NCBI RefSeq assembly: GCF_004353825.1
Contig: NZ_SMNA01000006.1
Span: forward strand, 310,001-374,000
Direction of reading: 5' to 3'
Origin: Occultella glacieicola
GTDB taxonomy: Bacteria; Actinomycetota; Actinomycetes; Actinomycetales; Beutenbergiaceae
Length of the DNA: 64,000 bases
The notes beneath the pieces were generated by a model. That model had not been told where the DNA came from. It saw only the letters and a list, made by a program, of their open reading frames with translations, and did not search any database. Positions 29,957 to 39,379 of the stretch are shown here, piece after piece; position 1 is the first letter of the stretch; each line of letters starts with the position of its first letter. The translations under genes and the position numbers were made by a program.

Positions 29957-32184
29957 TCAGAAGGGTGCTGGTTCGTCGGGGTCGGGTGCGGTGCGGTAGC
30001 TGGGGCCTCCGGAGCTCGCGGGTCGGGTTCTGGGGAGTTCGGTGATGGTGCCGTCGGGGGTGCGCATGTAGACGTGACCGGTCGGGGTGCGCCAGAACCG
30101 GTTGCCATGCGCGTCGACCTCGTCCTCGAAGTCGCCGTGGGTCTTGAGCAGGTGGCAGCGGCGGCACTTGGGGTCGAGGTTGTCGTCGCTGGTGGGGCCG
30201 AGCGGGAACGGGATCCGGTGGTCGAGCTCGGTCATCCGGGCGGTGGCCGAGCACCCGGGCGCGGTGCAGTGTGGTTCGTTCTCCTTGATCCGGTCGGCCA
30301 TGTTTTGCGGCGGGATGTACCTGGTGGTGCCGTAGTCGATGACCCGGTCGGTGATCGGGTCGGTGACCAGGCGTCTCCACTGCCCGCCCGCGGCGAACGC
30401 GCGGGCGACGTCGGCCGGGATCGGCCCCAGCCCCTCGACGTCGGCGGGCAGGTCACCGCCCATCAGCGTCGACAGGGGCACCCGGATCAGGATCTGGGCG
30501 CGCCGGCCGCCGAGCACCCCGACCGGCCAGATCCGCGGCAGTCCTCGATCCGGAGCCGGGTTGAAGACCCTTGGGTCGGCCCCGGTGTCCGCTCCATGCC
30601 ACGAGCCATGGAACCCACCCGTCTCGCCGAACGAACTGGAGGGCACATCCGTCCCCTCGGTCCCACCGGCCGGGTCGGCCGCAGGCACACCCGACCCCTC
30701 GGACCCACCGGTGCGAAGCACATCCGCGCTCTCGGGTTGGTCTTCGCGGCTGCGGGCGGGATCGCGATCAGCTTCGCCCACGGTGGCGGGCGCGGAAGTC
30801 TCAGTCTCCGACCCGGGGCCAGACCCGGAGTCAGCGGTCGCAGTTCCGGCCGTGATCTGGCCGTGGTCACCTGCGGACGCCTCGTCCTGCTCGCCGGCGC
30901 GATCTGCGACATCGTCGCCATGCTGATGCTCATGGGCGCACGGGCCGGTCCGGAGTTGGAGGCTGAATCCGCTCAGATCGCCGACCTGGCCCACGCCGAG
31001 GCCGTGGGCGGCGAGATCGGCGAGCACGTCCGCACGCAACTGTTCCAGGGTCCGGAGATCACCAGCGGCCTTGGCCGAGGACGCCGCACTGTCCAGAAGG
31101 AGGTCCAGCGCGAGCGCATCGGCGGCCGGCCAGTACACCGAGTGAGCGGCCATCCCGTCCACGTCAACCCGGGCGCGACCCACGTACCGGCGGGTGCTGG
31201 CGCGAGCGGCCCGCTGGGTGAACAGGCTCGGGTCTGCCGCCGCGACCAGCGTCGCGACCTCCCGGGCGACCCGATGCCTCGTCCAGAGCACCGCCTTCGG
31301 CAACAGTTCGTCCTGAACCTTGAACGCGTCCTCGGCGTCCAACACCGAGACCGCGACCGCGATCACGTCAGCCTTACCGGCATCGATGTCACCGCGTGCC
31401 AGCGCGTCCCCGGTGGGGGCGGCGATCCCGCGGAGGAACTGACCCACCCGGACCAGCCGGTTGGCCTCCTGCTTCGAACACCCCACCTTCGGCGCGATCT
31501 CGTCGGCGGCAAGGGACTCACGGAACGCCGGTCCTTACCCACCGCACGAGGACGGGCCATGATCATCGTGTCCCGGGATGCCAACTCTGCGGCGACCTCC
31601 CGCACCCCCGCCGCGGCGGCGGATTCCAGACGGCGGTAGCAGGCCAGGGCGTCGACGAGTTCGCGGTCCGCCATCGCGGCCAGGTCCGCACGATCGAGCT
31701 CATCGACCAGGAACCCGTCCACAGGCCGCCTCGACAACGCCTGCGCGTCGACACGCGGCAGATCGTCCCCGCCCAGGTCCTCGGGCACCTCCGCGCGCAC
31801 CACGCGACGCCTCGAGCCATCCGGCCCAGCAGTGCCGGACTCGCCTGTGCTCCCGGGCTCGCCGGCCACGCGGGCCACGCGGGCCGTGGGCCGGATGGCG
31901 TCGACACCGCTATCGGGAGCGAGGTCGACGCGCGCATCGTCCGGAGGCAGCCCGTCGAACTGATCGACGAACTCCGCGTACCAGTCCTGGTACTCCATCT
32001 CCCGCTCGAACGCGGCCACCTCGGCCAGGTCCTCAGGGGACAACTGGGCCAACGCGGTCTCATCCAGCGCGGCGTAGTCGATCACCCGGACGGCCGCACT
32101 CGGCGAAACGACCGAGCTCGCACAGCACTCGCCCGACGGCGTCTTCGCCTGCGGGTGGCTCTCGCCCTCGGGTCGATCGAACAT
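29957..32184 (-). pseudogene. DUF222 / HNH endonuclease (13E12-repeat-like), split by a 1-nt frameshift near 31519
   Basis: N-half MFD... frame shifts into SLAADEIAPKVGCSKQEANRLV; EQLRAD, GPIPAD, RRLVTDP; C-terminal CTAPGC..LDH..NL..CRRCHLLKTH. Confidence 0.8.
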
Positions 32185-32213
32185 ACGTACTACACTACGC
32201 CCCGCGACGGACA
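32177..32213 (-). promoter_or_regulatory. PafBC/RecA-NDp-type DNA-damage promoter with a degenerate LexA box
   Basis: Minus strand TGTCCG-N10-TAGTGT-N7-ATG; TCGAAC-ATAC-GTACTA overlaps the start codon. Confidence 0.62.
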
Positions 32214-32283
32214 TTGGGAAGGCCCGCAACCCTCCTGTGGACGAGCCGATCGGCTGGGGCCCAGGGCGCATAGGCTCGCTCCC

Positions 32284-32742
32284 GTGCCCACGATCCGACT
32301 CCAGACCCTGGTTCCCGCACCGGTCGAGGCCTGCTTCGATCTGAGCCTCTCGGTCGATGCGCACACCGCGTCGATGGCGCGCTCGGGCGAGCGTGCGGTC
32401 GGGCCGGTCACCGCCGGCGTGCTGGGACCGGGCGAGTCGGTGACCTGGCGGGCCCGCCACTTCGGGATCCCGTTCACCATGACCTCGCGGGTCGTCGAGT
32501 ACGAGGCGCCGCACCGGTTCGTCGACGAGCAGGTCTCCGGCCCGTTCTCCCGGTGGTGGCACGAGCACCGGTTCGAGGCGGTCGACGCCGGGACGCTCAT
32601 GAGCGACCTGGTCGAGTTCGCCTCCCCGCTCGGTCCGGTCGGCCGGGTGGCGGACCGGTTGCTGCTGACGGGCTACCTGACCCGTCTGCTCACCACCCGG
32701 AACGACTGGATCGTCGCGACGCTCGGCGCAGCCGCGAGGTGA
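32284..32742 (+). CDS. SRPBCC family protein
   Basis: APVEACFDLSLSVDAH, VTWRARHFG, FVDEQVSGPF..W.HEH. Confidence 0.85.
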   Translation: MPTIRLQTLVPAPVEACFDLSLSVDAHTASMARSGERAVGPVTAGVLGPGESVTWRARHFGIPFTMTSRVVEYEAPHRFVDEQVSGPFSRWWHEHRFEAVDAGTLMSDLVEFASPLGPVGRVADRLLLTGYLTRLLTTRNDWIVATLGAAAR

Positions 32743-32743
32743 G

Positions 32744-32953
32744 TCACTCCTCGATCCGGAACCCCAGCTTCATCGTCACCTGCCAGTCGGCGACGGCGTT
32801 GTCCTCGATGTGCCCACGCACCTCGCTCACCGCGAACCAGTCGAGGTTGCGGACGCTCCGGGCGGCCTTGGCGACGCCGTTCGAGATCGCCGCGTCGATG
32901 CCGTCCGGGGACGTGCCGACGATCTCCGAGACGCCGTAGGTGTGGTTGGCCAT
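32744..32953 (-). CDS. Dodecin (flavin-binding)
   Basis: 69 aa; EIVGTS..GID.AI, LDWF.V.EVRG, WQVTMKLGF. Confidence 0.93.
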   Translation of the reverse strand: MANHTYGVSEIVGTSPDGIDAAISNGVAKAARSVRNLDWFAVSEVRGHIEDNAVADWQVTMKLGFRIEE

Positions 32954-33107
32954 GGTGGTTCCTCCTCGAACCTCCCGGGCGCGGGCGTGCGCGCCGGTGA
33001 CAGCACGCTAGACCCGCGGGCCGACGGCGGCGAGGCGACGGCCCCTCCGTCGCGTGCCCGACACCGACGGCGCCGATGTGTCGGCACGCCCCGACCGTCG
33101 GAGCGCC

Positions 33108-34424
33108 CTACTCGAGCACCGCCCACCCGTGCCCCGGCACGCGGACCCAGCACCCGCCGTCGCCGACCTCGGCCTGCCCGGCCACCACCGAGGTGACGCC
33201 GACCCCGTCAACCCGCGCGGCGCCGTCGGCGACGTTCAGCAACACGACGAGCCGCCCGCCGTCGCCGACCACCTCGAACGCGTACGTCTCGTTCGCCAGG
33301 CTCAGCGCAGCCGTACGCGCCGTGCGCAGCCACGGGTGCCGGCGCCGCACCGAGATCAGCTCCTGGTGCTGGTGGTAGACGTCCCAGCCGCCCTCCGGCA
33401 GGTCCGCCGGCGCGCCGGGAAAGGCGGGCCGGATCGCGTCGTCCCCGCCGAACCGCTCCTCCTTGACCGCCTCGAACCCCTGCTCGTCGCCGTAGTAGAC
33501 CGACGGCGTCCCACCCACGGTCATGAGTGTCACCACGGCGTGGGCACGCATCCGCGGGTCGGGGATCTGGGTCGCGATCCGGGTCACGTCGTGGTTGCCG
33601 ACGAAGGTCAGCGGCACGAACGTGTCGAGCATCTCGTTGTGGCGCCCGAGCGCGTGGTCGAGCTCGTAGAAGTTCCGCTCCCGGATCGAGTTCCAGATCG
33701 CCTTCCACAGCTCGTACTGGGTGACCGCGTCCATGCCGGACTCGGCGACGATCTGCGCGTAGTCGCCGTGGATCACCTCCCCGACCACGTACGCCTCGCC
33801 GAACTCGGCGCGCACCGCCGGCAGCACCCGCTGCCAGAAGGCGGCGGGCACCGCGTACGCCGCATCCAGCCGCCACGCGTCCGCGCCCGCACGCAACCAG
33901 TGCAGCATCACCTCCGTGACCAGTTCGGCGACCGCGTCGTCCTCGTGGTTGAGCGCCACCAGCGCGTCATGCCCCTCGAAGGTGCCGGCCACCGGCGATC
34001 CGGACTCGTCCCAGGTGAGGTCGAACAGCCGCGCCCGAGCTCCCCCGGGCCCCTCCTCGAGCGCGGCCCGGAACGCCGGGTGCTCCCGCCCGACGTGGTT
34101 GAAGACGCCGTCGAGCATCACCTTGAGGCCACGTTCGTGGGCGGCGGCGACCAGGGCGTCGAAGTCGGCTCGATCGCCCAGTCGCGGATCGATCGCGAGA
34201 TGGTCGAGGGTGTCGTAGCCGTGGGTGCTCGCCGTGAAGATCGGGCCGAGCGCGATCCCGGACACGCCGAGCCCGACGGCGTAGTCGAGCCAGTCGATCA
34301 GGTCACGTAGACCATGGGTCGCCTGGGTCGGCTCGGGCGCCGGCTCCCCCAGTTCCCTCGGTGCTCCGACGAAGCCGAGGGGGTACACCTGCCACCAGAT
34401 CGCGTGCTCCTGCCAGGACGTCAT
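33108..34424 (-). CDS. GH13 alpha-amylase family glycosidase
   Basis: WQVYPLGF, HGYD, DGVFNH, RLDAA, GEVIH, NHD, YYGDE. Confidence 0.9.
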   Translation of the reverse strand: MTSWQEHAIWWQVYPLGFVGAPRELGEPAPEPTQATHGLRDLIDWLDYAVGLGVSGIALGPIFTASTHGYDTLDHLAIDPRLGDRADFDALVAAAHERGLKVMLDGVFNHVGREHPAFRAALEEGPGGARARLFDLTWDESGSPVAGTFEGHDALVALNHEDDAVAELVTEVMLHWLRAGADAWRLDAAYAVPAAFWQRVLPAVRAEFGEAYVVGEVIHGDYAQIVAESGMDAVTQYELWKAIWNSIRERNFYELDHALGRHNEMLDTFVPLTFVGNHDVTRIATQIPDPRMRAHAVVTLMTVGGTPSVYYGDEQGFEAVKEERFGGDDAIRPAFPGAPADLPEGGWDVYHQHQELISVRRRHPWLRTARTAALSLANETYAFEVVGDGGRLVVLLNVADGAARVDGVGVTSVVAGQAEVGDGGCWVRVPGHGWAVLE

Positions 34425-34507
34425 GGCCCTCATCCTCGCAGCCTGGACCGGATGGGACCGGAGCCCCGGTCTCCCGCGGTCGGGATCGGTCCCTCTAGGC
34501 TCGGACC

Positions 34508-35998
34508 ATGTCGACGACGTCACCCGCGCAGACCACCCGCCTCCTCCCCCGCGCCGCCCCCGCCGACGCCGGCATCTCGGCCGCCGGGATCGGCGACTTC
34601 CTGGACGCGGTCGAGGACCGCGGGATCGAGTTGCACAGCCTGATGGTGGTGCACGGCGGCGCCGTGGCCGCCGAGGGCTGGTGGGCGCCCTACGCCCCGG
34701 AGCGACCGCACCTGCTGTACTCGCTCAGCAAGTCGTTCACCTCCACGGCGGCCGGGTTCGCGATCGCCGAGGGGCTGTTCTCCCTCGACGACCGGGTCGT
34801 CGACCTGTTGCCGGCGCACGTACCGGACGACGTCGATCCCGCGGTGGCGTCGCTCACCGTGCACCACGTGCTGTCGATGTCCACCGGGCACACGGCCGAC
34901 ACCCTCGGGACCGCCTACGACCTCGAACCCGGCGACCTCGTCCGCGGGTTCCTGCGTCAGCCGCCCCAGGACCAGGTCGGCTCGCGACACGTCTACAACA
35001 ACTCCTGCACCTACGTGGTCGCCACCCTGGTCCAGGAGCTCGGCGGCACCCACCTGACCGACTACCTGCGCCCCCGCCTGTTCGAGCCCCTCGGCATCAC
35101 CCCCGGGCACTGGGACGACGACGGCCACGGCCGGGCGATCGGCTTCTCCGGCCTGCACCTGACCACCGAGGCGATCGCCGCGTTCGGGCAACTGCTGCTC
35201 GCCGACGGCCGCTGGAACGGCGAGCAGGTGCTCCCGGAGGGCTGGGTGGCGCGGGCGACCCGGTCGCACGTGCGCACCGACTCCGACCCGGCGACCAACG
35301 TCGACTGGGCCCAGGGCTACGGCTACCAGTTCTGGATGGGGCGGCACGGCTTCCGTGGCGACGGCGCCTACGGGCAGTTCTGTGTGGTCGTGCCCGAGTC
35401 GGATCTGGTGCTGGCCACGACCTCGGTCACCGACGACATGCAGGGCATCCTCGACGCCGCGTGGGACCACCTGCTCCCAGCGGTCGGCACCGCGGACGCC
35501 GACCCGGCGGCCGGGGACCGGCTCGCCGAGCGGCTCGCGTCGCTCGCCCTGCCGGTGGTCGGGGCCGACCCGGGCGCCGCACCCACAGCGCCCATGGGGC
35601 CCGTATCGCCGGTCACGTTCGTGGTGCCCGACGGCGAAGGGCCGGGTCCGCTGCCGGCCGGCACCCGGGTGCAGGTCGCCCCGGCCGACGACGGCTGGCA
35701 GGCGAGCTTCACGTTCGACGGCGGCACCGTGCGCATCGACGGCGCGCCCTCGGTGTGGGTCGAGACCGAGGTGACGGCCGCCGTCGGGCACGACCGGAAC
35801 CCGACCCGGGGCCGCTCCCGGGAGGCCACCACGGTCCTCGCACGCGGCGGCTGGCGCGCCGACGGCACGTTCGAGGCGGACGTGCTGCTCGCGGAGATGC
35901 CGCACCGGTTCCGGCTGCGCGGCGCCGGCGGCGTGGCCACCGCCGCCTGGAACGCGGTGCCGCTGGCCGGGGAGCGGTTCGAGGCACACCTGCCCTGA
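34508..35998 (+). CDS. Serine hydrolase, class C beta-lactamase-like
   Basis: SLSK (SxxK), YNN, LFEPLGI, YGYQFW, GAYGQ. Confidence 0.88.
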   Translation: MSTTSPAQTTRLLPRAAPADAGISAAGIGDFLDAVEDRGIELHSLMVVHGGAVAAEGWWAPYAPERPHLLYSLSKSFTSTAAGFAIAEGLFSLDDRVVDLLPAHVPDDVDPAVASLTVHHVLSMSTGHTADTLGTAYDLEPGDLVRGFLRQPPQDQVGSRHVYNNSCTYVVATLVQELGGTHLTDYLRPRLFEPLGITPGHWDDDGHGRAIGFSGLHLTTEAIAAFGQLLLADGRWNGEQVLPEGWVARATRSHVRTDSDPATNVDWAQGYGYQFWMGRHGFRGDGAYGQFCVVVPESDLVLATTSVTDDMQGILDAAWDHLLPAVGTADADPAAGDRLAERLASLALPVVGADPGAAPTAPMGPVSPVTFVVPDGEGPGPLPAGTRVQVAPADDGWQASFTFDGGTVRIDGAPSVWVETEVTAAVGHDRNPTRGRSREATTVLARGGWRADGTFEADVLLAEMPHRFRLRGAGGVATAAWNAVPLAGERFEAHLP

Positions 35999-36190
35999 CC
36001 CGGGCCCGGTCCGGGGCGGAGGGGATCCGCAGCCCATTGCCGCCGCGTCCACGACCGAGGCGTCCGCTCACCCGGTCGGCGTCCGAATTCACCCGCGGAC
36101 CACCCGATCAGCACCCTCCTCGCCGGCCTCCTCGCCGGTGACCATGGAGGACGTCCGGCAATGACGCCGGGCCCGCACCGGGAGTGACAC

Positions 36191-38560
36191 ATGAGCGACG
36201 ACGACCAGGGGTCGGGCTGCTGCGGCGACGACGGCCCGCTGTACTACGACGAGCAGGGCGACCTGCTGGACCTGCCGGTGATCGGCCCGCTCCTGAGCGG
36301 ACTGCCGTTCTGGCCCAGGCCGGCCCCGGTGGACCCACGGATCCCGGTGGAGCCACGGATCCCGATCGACCCACGGATCCCGGTCGAACCACACATCCCG
36401 ATCCAGGTCCGGCGCCCGTGTTCGCTGCCGGTGCTGAACGGGTCGTGGCTGATCGAGTTCACCGCGTCCCGGCCCATACCCGTGATCGCCGCGCAACAGA
36501 TCCGTGGGCCGATGCGGATCGAGGTCCGGGACACCTCGCTGCGGGTCAGCGGCGACGTGTACGTCCGGCGCACCCCGATCCTCGGCACCCTGGAGTCGAT
36601 GCGGACGGCCTTCCAGGACGAGGCCGAATCGTATTCGCCGGGACCGCCGGACGCCGGCGGGCAGGACCAGGACCTGAACCCCGACCTGGTCCTGCGCGGC
36701 GTCAACGGGGCGCCGCTGTTCCCCTCCTACCCCCAGCTGCCGACGAACCAGTACTCCTGGTACTTCCGCTCCACCGGCGTCACCTACTCCGGTGGCACGC
36801 TCACCTTCGGCCTGCGCCGGCACGTCTGGAACCGGACCAGCCAGGACTTCGTCTCGACGGACTCCGGGACGATGACCCTGACCTGCACGCGCAGCATCCT
36901 CGCACGCGCCGAGGTCGCCACCATGTCCGGCACCGCGACGATCGGAGGGGTCGCGTACCACGTGAACGCGAGGAAGACGTCGAACTCCTACCGGGGCTGC
37001 GCCGTCGAGGTGGACGTCATGACCGGCCGGGACTGGCCCGCCTCGGCGCTCAACCACGGCGTCTCGCGGACGTTCCAGAACGTGTACGCGTCGGCCGGCT
37101 GGGACGTCCGGGTGCGGGTGGACCAGCTCGACATCCCCAGCGATGCGTCGCTGAGCATGGCCGAGCTGCAGACCCTGCTGACCAGCCACCGTGGCCCCGG
37201 CGCCGCCGACCCGTGGCGGCTCTGGCTGCTCATCGGCTCCGCGCAGGGTGGGCTCCTCGGCGTCATGTTCGACGACGACTCGGTCCCCCGGGAGGGCGCC
37301 GTCGGGTTCGCCGACGCGACGCTGAGCAACTCGAGCGTGATCGAGGCGGGCGCCCGCGGTCAGGCGATCAACGACGTACCGGCGGCGCTGCTGCGCACGA
37401 TGGTCCACGAGGCGGGGCATGCGCTCAACCTGTTCCACCCCAAGCACGACGTCCACGACCCGCCGATCGGCACCGAGATCATGAACCAGACCGGCGACGT
37501 CATCTCCTTCGCGTCCGTCTCGAACCCCTACCCGGGCAATGCCACGTTCGCGTTCGCCGTGCATGACCGCGACTCCCTCATCCACGCCCCCGACCCCCAG
37601 GTGCGCCCGGGCTGGCAGAACTTCGGGTGGGGGCACGGCAGCCTCTCCTCCGGTCTTCCGGTCCCGACCGACGCCTCCGGTCTGGGCGGCGGGGACGACG
37701 CCGAGGGCCTCCGTCTGGAACTGACCCTGCCGGGTGAGATCTACGTCGGCGAGTACGTGACCGCCGAGCTCACGCTCACCAACACCGGCGACGAGCCCCG
37801 TGAGGTGACGGCCAGGCTGAACCTCGCCGAGGGGTACCTGCGACTGCAGCACGTGCTGCCGGACGGCAGCCTCGACCAGGTGCGGGACGTCGTCGTCGCC
37901 TGCGGAACCCGCCCGACGGCGGTGCTCGCCCCGGGCGAGTCGCTGTCCGCCCGTATGCAACTCTTCTTCACCAGCGAGGGGATCACCTTCTCCCAGCCCG
38001 GCACCCATGTGGTCCGCGCCGAGTTCGACGTGGACCTGTTCAGCACGGCCCGCAGCCCGCGGGCCACCGTGTACGTGCGCACGGCCGCCACGGAGACCGA
38101 GGTGACCATCGCCGCCCAGACCCTCGACTCCGCCGTCGGGCGCGCGTTCGCCCTGGGTGACTTCGGCACGGACACCGCCGTTCGCGACCGGCTGGTCGCC
38201 GTGGCCGAGGCCCACCACGACGCCGACACCGGCGCCGCCGCGGCCCTGGTCCTGGCGAACTCCTTCGCCCGCGCGCACGTGGACCATCGGTCCGACGCCC
38301 GCGCGGCGGACGACGGCGGGCGGGCCGCTGCCCGGAAGGCGGCGCCCGAGGAGGCCAAGCACTTCCTCGACCTGGCCATGCAGGGCCGGTCGGCGGAGGA
38401 GATGGTGCGGCTCGCGGCGACCGTGGCGAGCCCCGTGGAGTCCGATGCCCCGGTGGTCACGGACGCCCTCGGCCGGGCGAAGCGGGCCCGCAAGGGCAAG
38501 GCTGACCTGGCTGCGGCGGAGGCCATCGTGGCGGACTTCGTGGCAGCATCACCCGCATGA
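36191..38560 (+). CDS. Uncharacterised cytoplasmic metzincin-like zinc protease with C-terminal Ig-like and helical domains
   Basis: HEAGHALNLFH at 37406-37438, downstream IMN Met-turn candidate; no signal peptide; GGAG RBS. Confidence 0.78.
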   Translation: MSDDDQGSGCCGDDGPLYYDEQGDLLDLPVIGPLLSGLPFWPRPAPVDPRIPVEPRIPIDPRIPVEPHIPIQVRRPCSLPVLNGSWLIEFTASRPIPVIAAQQIRGPMRIEVRDTSLRVSGDVYVRRTPILGTLESMRTAFQDEAESYSPGPPDAGGQDQDLNPDLVLRGVNGAPLFPSYPQLPTNQYSWYFRSTGVTYSGGTLTFGLRRHVWNRTSQDFVSTDSGTMTLTCTRSILARAEVATMSGTATIGGVAYHVNARKTSNSYRGCAVEVDVMTGRDWPASALNHGVSRTFQNVYASAGWDVRVRVDQLDIPSDASLSMAELQTLLTSHRGPGAADPWRLWLLIGSAQGGLLGVMFDDDSVPREGAVGFADATLSNSSVIEAGARGQAINDVPAALLRTMVHEAGHALNLFHPKHDVHDPPIGTEIMNQTGDVISFASVSNPYPGNATFAFAVHDRDSLIHAPDPQVRPGWQNFGWGHGSLSSGLPVPTDASGLGGGDDAEGLRLELTLPGEIYVGEYVTAELTLTNTGDEPREVTARLNLAEGYLRLQHVLPDGSLDQVRDVVVACGTRPTAVLAPGESLSARMQLFFTSEGITFSQPGTHVVRAEFDVDLFSTARSPRATVYVRTAATETEVTIAAQTLDSAVGRAFALGDFGTDTAVRDRLVAVAEAHHDADTGAAAALVLANSFARAHVDHRSDARAADDGGRAAARKAAPEEAKHFLDLAMQGRSAEEMVRLAATVASPVESDAPVVTDALGRAKRARKGKADLAAAEAIVADFVAASPA
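36326..36403 (+). repeat. In-frame 18-bp tandem repeat encoding P[VI][DE]P[RH]I x4
   Basis: ccggtggacccacggatc / ccggtggagccacggatc / ccgatcgacccacggatc / ccggtcgaaccacacatc. Confidence 0.85.
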
Positions 38561-39312
38561 GCTCGACGCTGACGCTGACCCTGACCGTGCCCGCGCGGTC
38601 GGGGTCGGACCAGGCCCTGCTCGGCGTGGTCGCCCTGACGAACACCGGCGCCGAGCCGGTCACCGTGAACGCCCGGCTGAACCTCGCCGACGGCGACCTG
38701 GTCATCGACGCGGCCGGGCCGGCGGGCACGCTCCGGGCCGGCTGGCCATGGCCGGCGGACAGCCTCCCCCGCGAGACGGAGCTCGGGCCGGGTCGAACGC
38801 TCGAGTCGGGCGTCCTGCTCCTGTGCACCGCGACGTCCGAGCCGCTGCTGCCCGACCCCGGCCCGTACACGCTCACCGTGTCCTACCGGGCGCACAGTGC
38901 CGGCAGTGCCGGTCGTGCCGGTGGTCCCGGGAGTGCCGGTGGCGGCGATCGATCCGGCGAGGTCACGGCCGAACCGGTCGCCCACACACGCACCCCCGCG
39001 ACCGGGCCGGCGGTGGCCGCGCTCCGGGACCGGGACGTGATCCAGTCACTGGTGTCCGCCTCGGTCCTCGGGCAGGCGGCCGACGGCCTCGCCGCCGTGG
39101 CCGAGCGGGGCGGCACGAACGCGGTGCTCGTGGCGCTGACCTCGGCGAGCACCGGGGTGGCCGACCTGACCGCCACCGCCGGCGACCCGGTGGCCGTGGC
39201 CGTCGCCGTGACCGCTGTGGTCCCGAGCACCGACCCACGCCGGGCCGACCTCGCCGACGAGTTCGCCGGCGACCCCCGCGCCACCGCGATCCTCGCGGAC
39301 CTGCCCCACTGA
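38557..39312 (+). CDS. Hypothetical protein paralogous to the C-terminal third of the upstream metalloprotease
   Basis: LTNTGAEPVTVNARLNLADG vs LTNTGDEPREVTARLNLAEG; ATGA overlap with the upstream stop. Confidence 0.78.
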   Translation: MSSTLTLTLTVPARSGSDQALLGVVALTNTGAEPVTVNARLNLADGDLVIDAAGPAGTLRAGWPWPADSLPRETELGPGRTLESGVLLLCTATSEPLLPDPGPYTLTVSYRAHSAGSAGRAGGPGSAGGGDRSGEVTAEPVAHTRTPATGPAVAALRDRDVIQSLVSASVLGQAADGLAAVAERGGTNAVLVALTSASTGVADLTATAGDPVAVAVAVTAVVPSTDPRRADLADEFAGDPRATAILADLPH

Positions 39313-39379
39313 ACCCGGCATCGTTCTCCGTCGCGCGACGGACGCGGCCGTGGTGGGCGGCCGGATAACCTCGGTAGTC

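Noticed and set aside
29957..32184. Insertion sequence
   Set aside because: No transposase motif, terminal inverted repeats or target duplication found by eye
34508..35998. True beta-lactam resistance gene
   Set aside because: SxxK/YxN fold only, no signal peptide; this family is mostly esterases and amidases
36089..38362. 757-aa antisense ORF over the metalloprotease
   Set aside because: Antisense mirror of a GC3-biased gene; no recognisable motifs
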